This document shows, piece by piece, positions 30,071-40,308 of a stretch of DNA of 64,000 nt. The first letter of the stretch is position 1. Each line of letters starts with the position of its first letter. The notes under the pieces are model-generated. The model was not told the origin of the DNA and did no database searches. It was given only the letters and a program-made list of their open reading frames with translations. Source of the DNA: an uncultured Verrucomicrobiae bacterium (lineage in GTDB: Bacteria; Verrucomicrobiota; Verrucomicrobiia; Chthoniobacterales; UBA10450); contig CAVTMK010000002.1 of the NCBI GenBank assembly GCA_963735805.1, positions 352,001-416,000 on the forward strand, written 5' to 3'. The position numbers and the translations under genes are program-made.

Positions 30071-30230
30071 GGTGGATCGGCTTCTCCTGAAAATGCCAGT
30101 CCGGTCGAAGACTCGCCGTGGAGAGCTCGGACCGATGGCAGACATGAATCGCCAAAGGCGCAGATAATCAGGCGGCATAGCCGCGGTTGCTGCCAACGTG
30201 TTGAGGAGTCGCCGCGGCGACCGTTCCACC
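30071..30230 (+). repeat. REPIN/MITE-like element, copy 3
   Basis: GGTGGATCGG...CCGTTCCACC termini (9/10 inverted match). Confidence 0.8.
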
Positions 30231-30280
30231 GTGCCGGGTCAGTTTCCTGGGCAGACTTTCACAAAACTTCCCGGAAAACG

Positions 30281-30310
30281 TTGACATGAAGGCGCGTTTT
30301 GGCTTAAAAC
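30281..30310 (+). promoter_or_regulatory. Putative promoter TTGACA-N18-TAAAAC
   Basis: Overlaps the ORF-track start at 30286, which favours the ATG at 30367. A diverged copy lies at 33300-33329. Confidence 0.55.
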
Positions 30311-30366
30311 GTCGTTCCCGCGTTTATTTACGCCAAATCAAGCAACAATACCGTAACCGTAATTTT

Positions 30367-32901
30367 ATGATTAAACATTCAAACTCAGATCGCACATTTA
30401 TGCAGTCACCATGGCGGCCCATTTTCTTTTCCTTGTTCCTTGTTTCAGCGGCGGTAGCCCTGGTGGGAGCAGTCGCTTCTTCGCCCGCGGTCGGATCGAC
30501 TCCGAAGGTGATAGGACACCGCGTTGGTGGCAATTCAGTCAACATTGCGAACAAGATCGCGCCCTGGGTGGTCGAGCACACTGCCAACGGACAGCAGGCG
30601 GAGTTTTTTGCCGTGCTTTCAGACCAGGCCGACTTGAGGCCGGCCGCTAGTTTGCCAACCAAGGCTGCCAAGGGCCGGTTCGTTTTTGAAACCTTGCGAG
30701 ACAAGGCCCAAGCGACCCAGGGATCCGTCCTGCGATGGTTGCGGGAGCGCAATATCCAATATCAGTCTTTCTACATTGTTAACGCCATCCTGGTGAAGGG
30801 TACCCGTGAGATTGCAGAGGCGCTGGCTGCTCGCGTGGACGTGGTGCGCGTCGAGGGTAATCCGTCGATTTACAATAATCTTCCTCAACCCGATCCAGTA
30901 GAGGAATCCCCTTTGCAATCAGCCTCAGGCCAACGTCCGGCGACGATCGAGCCTGGCATCCAATATACGCACGCACCTGATGTCTGGGCGCAGGGATTCA
31001 CCGGGCAAAATATCGTTGTGGCGAGTGCCGATACTGGCGTTCGCTGGACGCACAACGCGCTCAAGCCTCATTACCGGGGTTGGGATGGAACCAACGCGGA
31101 TCACGATTACAACTGGCACGACTCCATTCACGACAGCGTGGGCAATGTTTGCGGGAACGATTCGCCTGAGCCGTGCGACGACCAAGCTCACGGTACTCAC
31201 ACTACCGGTACTATGGTTGGCGACGACGGCGCAGGTAACCAGATTGGCATGGCACCCGGCGCAAAATGGATTGGATGCCGTAACATGGACGCGAACGTCG
31301 GTACACCGGCCAGATACATGGAGTGCATGCAATGGTTCCTTGCGCCCACCCGGATCGACGGCAGTGATCCCGATCCGACGAAAGCGCCCGACATCAGCAA
31401 TAACTCCTGGGAGTGTCCGTCTTCGGAAGGTTGCTCCTTTGACACGTTGCAAGCTGCCGTGGAAGCGCAAGCTGCTGCCGGAATCATGATGGTATCCGCA
31501 GCGCAAAACTCTGGTCCGGCTTGTTCTACTGTGCAAAACCCGCCTGGTCTTTACGACGCAACCTACACGGCGGGAGCCTTGACCACTGGCACTGATACGA
31601 TTGCTGGCTTTAGCAGTCGCGGTCCCGTCACTTCCGACGGTAGCGGGCGGATTAAACCTGACATCACTGCGCCAGGCACAGGCACACGCTCCTGCACCAA
31701 CGCCAGCGACACTTCATATGCGAATTTCAGCGGCACATCCATGGCAACTCCCCACATCTCCGGTGCGATCGCGTTGCTTTGGTCCGCACACGGGCAGTTA
31801 AAGCACCAGCTTACCTCGAGTCGGGATGCCTTGAATAACACGGCTCATTTTATTTCTGATACCTCATGCGGCGACGCTGGCCCGCCAAATAACGTCTATG
31901 GCTGGGGCCGGGTCGATATCCTTGCGGCAGTAAACTCAATCCCATTCCAATCCGGACTTCTTTATGGCTCTACCGGTGGCCTTCATGATGCCGGCGGTGG
32001 TCGACTCTGGTTGATTGACGTCGCGAACCAGAGCGAAACTCTTATCGGCGATACTGGCTTCGATAAGCTTGGCGCCATTGCGTTTGATAATACAGGAACC
32101 CTTTACGGGGTCTCCGGAGCGAGCGATAGCCAGGGCACTTTGATGACCATCGATCCAACGAACGGCACGCCGACTGTCATCGGGTTGTTGTCCGATCCAA
32201 ACGCCGCTGTTGACGGCCTTCGATTCAACTCGCAGGGAATCCTTTACGGAGGCGCGTTTAATAACACCAAAGGTGTTGGAGAACTCGTGACTATCGATCC
32301 ATCGGACGGAACCGTCCTTACCTCGGTCACGCTGGTGGGTTCCGGGAATTCATTTTGTCCTGGAATCGCGTTCGATTCCAAGGATGTCCTATATGGTTCG
32401 CGTGGGAATTCCAGCGGTCGTTTGGAAGATCTCGATCTGATTGACCAAGTCACCGGTGTCTTGACGCCTGTTGGACCGATGGAAGTCGTGATCTCCGACA
32501 TCGTGTTCGCTCCGGACGGTACTCTCTACGGCAGCAATCCTCAAACAGGCGATCTCTACTCAATCGATCCAGCCACCGGAACCAAAACGCTCTTGTTCAA
32601 CACGGGTATTTTGCAGTTGTCCGGCCTGGCAGCAGCGCCAGCATCACCGACACCAACGCCAACACCTACAGCTACACCGACAGCGACAGCGACGCCAACA
32701 GCCACACCTACCGGCGACAGCGACAGCGACAGCAACAGCAACGGCTACACCGAGTTCAACTCCTACAGCAACGCCTACTACTACTCCGACTGTTACCCCA
32801 AGCGTAACACCAACTGCTACGCCCACAGCTACGCCAAGAGCGACGCCGAGGCCGCGGCCGACTCCCTTCCCACGGCCGACGCCTCCTTAAGGGATAGGTG
32901 A
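30367..32901 (+). CDS. S8 subtilisin-like serine protease (bacillopeptidase F-like) with C-terminal beta-propeller; +1 indel near 32711-32714 puts the Pro/Arg tail (stop 32888-32890) out of frame
   Basis: Catalytic [33 protein letters not shown]. The alternative frame ends [19 protein letters not shown]. Confidence 0.9.
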   Translation: MIKHSNSDRTFMQSPWRPIFFSLFLVSAAVALVGAVASSPAVGSTPKVIGHRVGGNSVNIANKIAPWVVEHTANGQQAEFFAVLSDQADLRPAASLPTKAAKGRFVFETLRDKAQATQGSVLRWLRERNIQYQSFYIVNAILVKGTREIAEALAARVDVVRVEGNPSIYNNLPQPDPVEESPLQSASGQRPATIEPGIQYTHAPDVWAQGFTGQNIVVASADTGVRWTHNALKPHYRGWDGTNADHDYNWHDSIHDSVGNVCGNDSPEPCDDQAHGTHTTGTMVGDDGAGNQIGMAPGAKWIGCRNMDANVGTPARYMECMQWFLAPTRIDGSDPDPTKAPDISNNSWECPSSEGCSFDTLQAAVEAQAAAGIMMVSAAQNSGPACSTVQNPPGLYDATYTAGALTTGTDTIAGFSSRGPVTSDGSGRIKPDITAPGTGTRSCTNASDTSYANFSGTSMATPHISGAIALLWSAHGQLKHQLTSSRDALNNTAHFISDTSCGDAGPPNNVYGWGRVDILAAVNSIPFQSGLLYGSTGGLHDAGGGRLWLIDVANQSETLIGDTGFDKLGAIAFDNTGTLYGVSGASDSQGTLMTIDPTNGTPTVIGLLSDPNAAVDGLRFNSQGILYGGAFNNTKGVGELVTIDPSDGTVLTSVTLVGSGNSFCPGIAFDSKDVLYGSRGNSSGRLEDLDLIDQVTGVLTPVGPMEVVISDIVFAPDGTLYGSNPQTGDLYSIDPATGTKTLLFNTGILQLSGLAAAPASPTPTPTPTATPTATATPTATPTGDSDSDSNSNGYTEFNSYSNAYYYSDCYPKRNTNCYAHSYAKSDAEAAADSLPTADASLRDR

Positions 32902-32940
32902 AAGAGTAGAAGCGTTAGTAAGTTAAAGAGAAGTAAAACG

Positions 32941-32976
32941 GGAACTCGCGAGGTCACTCGCGAGTTCCTTGCTTTT
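32941..32976 (+). terminator. Conserved terminator-like hairpin, copy 3
   Basis: Same stem, loop GTCA. Confidence 0.8.
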
Positions 32977-32977
32977 G

Positions 32978-33183
32978 GGTGGATCGGCTTCTCCCGAAAA
33001 TGCCAGTCCGGTCGAAGACTCGCCGTGGAGAGCTCGGACCGATGGCAGATATGAATCGCCAAAGGCGCAAATAATTTGGCGGCATAGCCGCGGTTGCTGC
33101 CAACGCGTCGAGGAGTCGCCGCGGCGACCGTTCCGCCTGAGTAAGCCAACGCGTTGTGGAGTCGCCACAGCGACCGTTCCACC
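32978..33183 (+). repeat. REPIN/MITE-like element, copy 4 (two terminal units)
   Basis: Near-identical to 30071-30230; followed by a GTAG REP at 33188-33212. Confidence 0.8.
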
Positions 33184-33569
33184 CTGACACGGCGACACAG
33201 CGCCGTGGCTACAGAATTCGCACGGGGGAATATTCGGCGACGTTCCACCGTGCCGAGCCAGTTTCCTGGGCAGACTTCACAAAACTCCCCGGAGATCTTT
33301 TGATATTGCAGCGCGTTTTGGCTTAAAAGGTCACTCCCTGCGTTCATATGCGGCCAATTAGGCAACGATAGTAGCGTCCGTTGATCCTGGCGGCGCGCGA
33401 AATCATAAATCGGGCGCGGTTAGCGAACGGCGGCTACAGCGCTCGCTTTGCCAACTTGCGTCCATTTCGTGCTGCTCACGCATGGCACTTTAGCCGTGCG
33501 ATGCATTCCCACGTCGCTTTCATTGGGCCGCGCTATTTGAAAAAGCAATGCGAAATCGATCAGAAAGTG

Positions 33570-33599
33570 TTGACAGAGGAGCACGCTTTCGCGTAAAAA
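33570..33599 (+). promoter_or_regulatory. Putative promoter TTGACA-N18-TAAAAA
   Basis: aagtgTTGACAgaggagcacgctttcgcgTAAAAAcgccgttcc. Confidence 0.6.
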
Positions 33600-33655
33600 C
33601 GCCGTTCCTGCTTTTATCGCGTCCAGTTTAAACAACAAAACCTACCGGAAATTCT

Positions 33656-35485
33656 ATGCTTAAAGACTCAAACTCACGCCGCATATTCACAGCGTCGCCA
33701 TGGCGGCGTATTTTTTGTTCATTGTTCCTTGCCGCAGCGACTGTCGCTTTGATAGGGGCGATCGCTTCTTCGCGCGCCGTGGGTCAACGCGTCGAGCTGC
33801 CTACGTTGGGCGGGTCGCATGCTGCGCCTGGGCAAAAAATCGCCCCGTGGGTCATGGAAAACACGGCCAATGGACAGCAGGCTCAATTTTTTGTCGTGCT
33901 GGCAGACCAGGCCGATCTTAGTCCGGCTGCCAATTTGCCGACCAAGACCGAAAAAGGTCGCTTCGTGTACCAAACGCTGCTGGAAAAGGCCCAGAATACG
34001 CAGCAATCAATTTTGCAGTGGCTGAGCGCCCGGAACATCGAGCACCAATCTTTTTACATCGTTAATGCAATTTTGGTAAAGGGAGATCGGCAGACCGCCG
34101 AAACATTGGCGGCGCGCCCCGACGTGGCACGCATCGACGGAAATCCTCTCATCCACAATGACCTTCCTCAACCCAGTGCAATCGAGCAATCTGGCGGACG
34201 CCCGGCGACGATCGAACCGGGTATCGTTTACACCCATGCTCCTGATGTCTGGGCGCTCGGATTCAAAGGGGAAACTGTTGTGGTTGCTGGCGCAGACACC
34301 GGCATTCGCTGGACGCATGAGGTGCTTAAGCCTCACTATCGCGGTTGGGATGGAACAAGCGCGAATCACAACTTTAATTGGCATGACTCCATTCACGACA
34401 GTGTGGGTAACCCTTGCGGGAACGATTCGCAGCAACCTTGCGACGATTTCGGCCATGGCAGCCATACAGTCGGCACGATGATCGGCGACGATGGTGCCGG
34501 CAACCAGGTTGGAATGGCGCCTGGAGCACAGTGGATCGGCTGCCGTAACATGGACCAGGGAAACGGGACACCGGCCAGGTACATCGAGTGCATGGAGTTC
34601 TTCCTTGCGCCTTACCCGCTTAACTGCACGCCGGACGAAGGCGACCCGGCTAAAGCGCCTGATATTACGAATAACTCCTGGGGTTGCCCAGCTTCGGAAG
34701 GGTGCGTTACCGGCAGCGAGCTGCAGGCCGCTGTTGAAGCTCAAGAAGCTGCGGGTATCCAAATGGTCGTAGCTGCGGGTAACTCGGGCCCGGGTTGTTC
34801 TACAGTGTCCGATCCGCCATCGTTCTACGAAGCATCTTACACAGTTGGAGCGCTAGTTAATGGCACGGACACCATAGCTGGCTTCAGCAGCCGCGGCCCT
34901 GTTACCGCCGATGGCAGCAACCGCATAAAGCCGGATATCACTGCTCCCGGAACGAGCGTTCGCTCGGCTTGGAACGGTTCCGACAGCGACTTTGCAACTA
35001 TTCAGGGTACGTCCATGGCGACTCCGCATATTGCCGGAGCTATGGCGTTGTTATGGTCGGCCATTCCCAGCCTGAGGAATCAGATTCAGGCGAGTCGAGA
35101 TGCCTTGGACAACACAGCTGTCGTTATCTCTTCGAACCTATGCGGTGATGCCGGTCCTCCAAACAACGTTTACGGCTGGGGCCGTGTCGATATCGCGGCG
35201 GCTGTGGGAACACCACCACCAACCCCCACTGTTTCGCCGACTCCTGTGTCAAGCGCTACGCCCTGCGGAGTGACAACGCCAACACCTACTCCGAGCGCGA
35301 CGCCGACGCCAACGGCGACAACCACGCCAAGCGTAACGCCTACTCCCAGCGGGACAGCTACGCCGACACCAAGCGTAACGCCTACTCCGAGCGGGACGGC
35401 TACGCCTACGCCAAGCGTAACCCCTACGCCCAGGGCAACACCAAGGCCTCGCCCCACTCCGCGCCCTCGGCCGACCGCACCATAG
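33656..35485 (+). CDS. S8 subtilisin-like serine protease with PT linker and Pro/Arg tail
   Basis: [19 protein letters not shown]; tandem paralog of 30367 lacking the propeller. Confidence 0.92.
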   Translation: MLKDSNSRRIFTASPWRRIFCSLFLAAATVALIGAIASSRAVGQRVELPTLGGSHAAPGQKIAPWVMENTANGQQAQFFVVLADQADLSPAANLPTKTEKGRFVYQTLLEKAQNTQQSILQWLSARNIEHQSFYIVNAILVKGDRQTAETLAARPDVARIDGNPLIHNDLPQPSAIEQSGGRPATIEPGIVYTHAPDVWALGFKGETVVVAGADTGIRWTHEVLKPHYRGWDGTSANHNFNWHDSIHDSVGNPCGNDSQQPCDDFGHGSHTVGTMIGDDGAGNQVGMAPGAQWIGCRNMDQGNGTPARYIECMEFFLAPYPLNCTPDEGDPAKAPDITNNSWGCPASEGCVTGSELQAAVEAQEAAGIQMVVAAGNSGPGCSTVSDPPSFYEASYTVGALVNGTDTIAGFSSRGPVTADGSNRIKPDITAPGTSVRSAWNGSDSDFATIQGTSMATPHIAGAMALLWSAIPSLRNQIQASRDALDNTAVVISSNLCGDAGPPNNVYGWGRVDIAAAVGTPPPTPTVSPTPVSSATPCGVTTPTPTPSATPTPTATTTPSVTPTPSGTATPTPSVTPTPSGTATPTPSVTPTPRATPRPRPTPRPRPTAP

Positions 35486-35510
35486 GAAAAGGGTGATGGG
35501 CAAAAACGTT

Positions 35511-35583
35511 GTAGCCGCCTCGCTGTGTCGAGGCGCTCATCGTGACGCGTTTTAGGAGCACGGCGACACAGCGCCGTGTCTAC
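35511..35583. repeat. Inverted GTAG-REP doublet
   Basis: gtagccgcctcgctgtgtcgaggcg ... cacggcgacacagcgccgtgtctac. Confidence 0.75.
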
Positions 35584-35674
35584 AGCTGCAGCTGTTTAAG
35601 GCGTGGCGGTGACGAAAAACCGTTGTTTGACTATCGATCCTTGCGCAGAGACCAGAGTGGAATTACGAAAGAAC

Positions 35675-36124
35675 ATGAGGACAACTCGCGTATTGATCAC
35701 GGCGTTAATCGTTCAAACATGTCTTACTTTCATGGCTCAGGCCCAATCTCCAACCGTGATCGGCAGATGGAATGTGCAGATTACGTTCGCTGACGGAAGC
35801 CAGCGTGCCTTGCACTTTGACGCTCAAGACGCTGGGAAGGGGACTTTTCAGATAGTCGATCCACGTTTGAAAGCTTGGGGCCCCGGCAAACCTTCGGAAG
35901 CGAAATGGACTCGAAACGACCAAAACGCCGTAACGTTCTCCGGGCCGGTGGAATTTATGCTTGGCAACGTCGGACGCGACGCAGGAACCTTGATGTTAAA
36001 AGGAAAATTTGAAAGTGCAGACTTGATCACCGGTGACGTGGAATTTGCTCCCCTAGTTGGAGATAGACCCTCGAAGCACGGCACATTCAAAGCAACTCGC
36101 GCGGCGGGAAATGGTGACAAGTGA
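35675..36124 (+). CDS. Small exported hypothetical beta-rich protein (no tail)
   Basis: ATG at 35675 gives signal peptide MRTTRVLITALIVQTCLTFMAQA-Q; IGRWNV...FKATR. Confidence 0.7.
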   Translation: MRTTRVLITALIVQTCLTFMAQAQSPTVIGRWNVQITFADGSQRALHFDAQDAGKGTFQIVDPRLKAWGPGKPSEAKWTRNDQNAVTFSGPVEFMLGNVGRDAGTLMLKGKFESADLITGDVEFAPLVGDRPSKHGTFKATRAAGNGDK

Positions 36125-36494
36125 TCGGTTGTAGCGGGGTGTTGCTGACTGCGGCTTCGGGTTAGCCCGGACTGGCGGCCGTCAGCGACGCATGCCGATT
36201 CCTATCATTAGCGGTTTGATCTTTTCTTCCGACGAATCACGCGCTGCGGGCAATGGGAGCCCCTGTCGTACGCCGGGCGAAATAGGTGTAACCACTTCGT
36301 TGCTAAAGGAACTTGGTTCTCTGATTTGGAAACATTAGAAATATCCGTCCCATTCCTGGCTGAACGCATCTGTGAGCACAGGGATAAATAAGAGGAGCAG
36401 AGCGGGACGCTGTAACGCCTAACCATTTAACGCTTTAAGGGGGCGAAGTCATACGCGCTTGAAAGCGATTCCAAGAAAAATCTTCAAAAAAGTA

Positions 36495-36639
36495 TTGACA
36501 CCGTTTTCCGTCCTCAGCTAAAAGATGCGCCTCCACTCGCCTTGCGGTAACGCGGCACGGGGACAAACACGGGTAAAAATAAAAAATCGGGAAAAAATCG
36601 AAAAAAGTGTTGACGCGTTTCTGGCATTTCCGCTAGAAG
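36495..36639 (+). promoter_or_regulatory. Tandem putative promoters (TTGACA-N18-TAAAAG at 36495; TTGACG-N18-TAGAAG at 36610)
   Basis: Both are preceded by A-tracts. Confidence 0.55.
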
Positions 36640-36688
36640 CGGACGTTTCACATTCAAACTCCATCATTCATCCACTTCATAACCATAC

Positions 36689-39600
36689 ATGAAAAAGAAA
36701 TCCACTTCGCAATCCGCCTTCTTTAATCTGCGTGTCTTATTTGGCCTGTTCGTAGCACTCACTGGCGTATCTCTGGCGCTGGTTGGCCTCGGCGCCCGTC
36801 CAGCGCATGTCGGGCGCAATGCCCCTGCAGGACCGAACAAATATAGTGTTACCACCAAGTCGCACCTGATCAGCCCGCTTGTCCCGCCTGGCTTTGACTG
36901 TTCCAAGATTCACCAGCTGGGCATCGACAGAATGGAAAACTTCCGGGCCGGAGCGATCATGATTTTCTGCGGCCTGTCGAAGGGAGGCAGCGAAGAGGCC
37001 GAATTCGGCAGTTCCGGTGCGTTTTCCAAGCTTGTGCACAACCTCATGGCACCGGTGAGCTTTGGCGGCACAGACGTGGACCTGGTTACCGGGACGGAGA
37101 CCGCTCCGCACGTTATTCAGTCGGAGACATACAGCAACTCTAACCCGGATAACCCCGACGAAGTAATTGTCGCGTTCAACGACTCCCGATGCGCAGCCAG
37201 CAACAACTTCTCCGCCATATCGACTTCTACTGACGGCGGACTGAGCTTTACTCGTTTGACCGATGGCAGCGGTTGTAGCCCCTTTGCCAATACCTTTGGC
37301 GACCCTGTTGTCCTGTATAACAAGCCGACCCAGACTTGGTTTACTGTGTGGTTGGATGGGAATGGGAGCTGCACGCTTGGCGGATACAAGTCTAGCGATC
37401 CTGAGGATCCAAATAGCTGGACGCACTTCTGCGTTCACAACAACGGCGGCGACGATCGCGAGTCCGGCTGGGCTGACAACAACCCAAGCTCTCCGTTTTT
37501 CGGGCGGATGTATGTTTCCTGGAACGACTTTAATGTGGGTCAAGGTGCCCTGGTCGAAAGCTTTTCAACTGACAATGGCAATACGTGGAGCCCAGCAGTA
37601 ACCGTGATCAACGGCGGTACCTTCATCCGCGACGTGCAGATCACAGGTGACATGTCGGGCAACGGAACCCTGTACATCGCGGGTATGGACGAAGGCGGCG
37701 GTGGGTTCCCACACAACGACGCGAACCTTATCTTTAAATCCACTGACGGCGGCGCCACTTGGGCGAATACCTATACTGGTCCTCAGTTTCCCGGGCCGGG
37801 CGTTACCGCGGTGGGCTACTTCGCTTGCATGTTCCCCGATGACGGCGGCTACTGGCGGCACGAAGGCTGGGGTGAACCTGCGGCATTCAACAACGTTGTT
37901 TCCCTGGTCTATTCCCAGCAGGGCGGTGCTGGCGATTCTGGCGATGTCTACTACATCCGTTCTTCCGACGGCGGTGTGACCTTCGGATCGCCGATGAAGT
38001 TGAACACCGATTCAACTACCCGCCCTCAGTGGCAGGCTAACCTGTCGGTTAGCCCCGCCGGAACGCTGTTGGCAACGTGGTATGACGCACGTGAGTTCCC
38101 CACCTGCGTAAAGGGTGACCCGAACACTCCCTGTTACCGGATGTGGTCGCGCAAGTCCAACGACAATGGCTTGAGCTGGTTACCTGACGATTCGCTCTCG
38201 GACGTAGCAAGTCCACTGCCGGGACAAAGCGATCCCAACATCCAGCCCACTTATGCTGGAGACTACGACTATGGTTCTGCGTTGCTGACCAAGCACCTCA
38301 CTTCATGGACAGACGGACGTGTACCGATTAACAACCAATCTCAACAGGATACTTTCACTGACAGGGAGCTGGTTGGTTTTTCTGTCACCGGCACCGACCC
38401 GGCCTGCGGCAGTCTGGTTACCGGCACTGCGCCGACAGTGTTCACCGTGAACCTGAGTGATGCGGTCAACGCGAACACTGTTGATGCCAGCGATTTCGAC
38501 GTCAACGGAACTCAGGCGGACTCGGCCCAGGTTGCCGGGGATAATCTGAGCATTACCTTCACCTTCAACACCTCACCGGTGACCCTGGGCGAGAACACGA
38601 TGCATATTCCTCAGGACGCCTTTACACGGCAGTCGGACAATCAGGGGATATTCGAATTCCAGTGCACGTTCCGTTACGCTCAAAAGCAACTGGAGGTGAC
38701 CGACACAGATCCACCGGTTGGCGGCACGTTTACACCGCCGGCGCCGGGCACCTATACGTATGACGTAAACTGGAACATCCCTGTTGATCCAAGTTCAGTT
38801 AGCACAACCGATCTGCAACTGAGCGGCACCTCCGGCGCCGCCGTGACTGCGGTCAGCGTCATCAACGGAGACATGACTACTGAGTTCACGCTGAATATTC
38901 CATTCGGTGGAAGCCTGACAGCGCACATTGCTGCCGGGGCGATCACTGACACGGATGGCAATCCTAACGCGGATTTCTCGGGGAATTACAACGTCTCCGG
39001 TTGTCCTCCAAGCCAATACGTCATAACAGATGGAACGGACACGATCGTGCCGGGTGACACCGATATCGGTAATCACACCGACGATGGCGATACGTTTGTC
39101 TCTTTGCCGTTCAGCTTCCAGTTATATGACCAGTCCTTTAACGCTGTGAACGTCAGCTCCAATGGGCGGCTCGACTTCGTGACGGTTAACGAGCCGGGCG
39201 GTTACGTAACAGCCTGTCTGCCCGCGCCACCGAATATCGGACCATATGACTACTCCGTCTTCCCCGTGTGGCAGGACCAGCGCACTGATCTCGGCCTGAC
39301 CGGTTGCTCGAACTTCCCCGGTGGGACCTGCGGTGTCTTCACTTCGGTCTCGGGCAGTGCGCCTAACCGAATCTTCAACATCGAATGGCGCACCGTGTAT
39401 TTTGCCGATAACAACTCGACGGCGAATTATGAAGTGCGCCTCTACGAGAACGGTGGGCCGGATCAGGATCTGCGGTTTGATGTCGTCGTCGGCACTGTTC
39501 AGACGGGCGGCGACCATCAATATGTCTCGGGTGTGCAAGGCAACTCGACGGGTGGGTTCTTCACCCAGGACTTCTGCCAGTCTGCTCCGCCAGACGTAGC

Positions 39601-39841
39601 GTCCCACACATACACGATACCAGTGTGCTCGCCCACGCCGACGCCAACGCCGGGAACACCAACACCGACTCCTACACCGGCGACACCAACACCGACTCCT
39701 ACGCCGGTGACCCCAACGCCGACGCCAACGCCGACCACGCCGACCCCGACGCCGACACCTACAACACCGACGCCGACACCTACGCCTAGAGCGACACCGA
39801 GGCCACGGCCAACGCCGCACCCGCGGCCAACGCCTCCATAA
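36689..39841 (+). CDS. Secreted Asp-box (sialidase-like) propeller with two Ig-like domains, LPFSF module and Pro/Arg tail
   Basis: Leader MKKKSTSQSAFFNLRVL; STDGG/STDNG Asp boxes; YAGDYD; paralog of 60615-62750. Confidence 0.8.
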   Translation: MKKKSTSQSAFFNLRVLFGLFVALTGVSLALVGLGARPAHVGRNAPAGPNKYSVTTKSHLISPLVPPGFDCSKIHQLGIDRMENFRAGAIMIFCGLSKGGSEEAEFGSSGAFSKLVHNLMAPVSFGGTDVDLVTGTETAPHVIQSETYSNSNPDNPDEVIVAFNDSRCAASNNFSAISTSTDGGLSFTRLTDGSGCSPFANTFGDPVVLYNKPTQTWFTVWLDGNGSCTLGGYKSSDPEDPNSWTHFCVHNNGGDDRESGWADNNPSSPFFGRMYVSWNDFNVGQGALVESFSTDNGNTWSPAVTVINGGTFIRDVQITGDMSGNGTLYIAGMDEGGGGFPHNDANLIFKSTDGGATWANTYTGPQFPGPGVTAVGYFACMFPDDGGYWRHEGWGEPAAFNNVVSLVYSQQGGAGDSGDVYYIRSSDGGVTFGSPMKLNTDSTTRPQWQANLSVSPAGTLLATWYDAREFPTCVKGDPNTPCYRMWSRKSNDNGLSWLPDDSLSDVASPLPGQSDPNIQPTYAGDYDYGSALLTKHLTSWTDGRVPINNQSQQDTFTDRELVGFSVTGTDPACGSLVTGTAPTVFTVNLSDAVNANTVDASDFDVNGTQADSAQVAGDNLSITFTFNTSPVTLGENTMHIPQDAFTRQSDNQGIFEFQCTFRYAQKQLEVTDTDPPVGGTFTPPAPGTYTYDVNWNIPVDPSSVSTTDLQLSGTSGAAVTAVSVINGDMTTEFTLNIPFGGSLTAHIAAGAITDTDGNPNADFSGNYNVSGCPPSQYVITDGTDTIVPGDTDIGNHTDDGDTFVSLPFSFQLYDQSFNAVNVSSNGRLDFVTVNEPGGYVTACLPAPPNIGPYDYSVFPVWQDQRTDLGLTGCSNFPGGTCGVFTSVSGSAPNRIFNIEWRTVYFADNNSTANYEVRLYENGGPDQDLRFDVVVGTVQTGGDHQYVSGVQGNSTGGFFTQDFCQSAPPDVASHTYTIPVCSPTPTPTPGTPTPTPTPATPTPTPTPVTPTPTPTPTTPTPTPTPTTPTPTPTPRATPRPRPTPHPRPTPP

Positions 39842-39888
39842 TGGATCGGTAAAGATTAGAAACGTTAAAAATTAAAAGAAGTAAAACG

Positions 39889-39924
39889 GGAACTCGCGAG
39901 GCAACTCGCGAGTTTCCTGCTTTT
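39889..39924 (+). terminator. Conserved terminator-like hairpin, copy 4
   Basis: GGAACTCGCGAG-GCAA-CTCGCGAGTTTCC-TGCTTTT. Confidence 0.75.
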
Positions 39925-40060
39925 AGACTGTTTAACGCTTCAACGCGCGAAGCCATCCGCGTTATTCGCGCTCGGCACGACGTGGCCTAGAGTGAGCGCC
40001 CGGTGGTCCGTGGTTTGGAATTCGCTGCGTTGCCGTTCTGATAACAACTCAAAGAACGGG

Positions 40061-40085
40061 CGCCTCGACATAGCGAGGCGGCTAC
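40061..40085 (-). repeat. GTAG-type REP
   Basis: cgcctcgacatagcgaggcggctac. Confidence 0.7.
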
Positions 40086-40108
40086 AGCGAAGAAATCGAA
40101 ATATAGTG

Positions 40109-40138
40109 TTGACACATTTTATCGCATTCCGTTAAAAG
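40109..40138 (+). promoter_or_regulatory. Putative promoter TTGACA-N18-TAAAAG
   Basis: atagtgTTGACAcattttatcgcattccgtTAAAAG. Confidence 0.6.
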
Positions 40139-40308
40139 CATGTAGGTGGATGTCCTACATGTTCTTCATACTTTAGCTCACATGCTGAGCTTTACTCGCG
40201 GGTATAGGCAGTCCACTCCCGGCACATCTGATGAAAATTAGAAATTAGAGTTGAAATGCTCCGGGGCGTTCCAACGAGACGAGTCACCACTAACCCACGC
40301 TCCACTTC

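Noticed and set aside
30286..30366. ORF-track start for the S8 protease
   Set aside because: It overlaps the promoter motif; ATG 30367 aligns with the start of paralog 33656.
36689..36760. Tat signal reading of leader I
   Set aside because: No twin-arginine before the FF.
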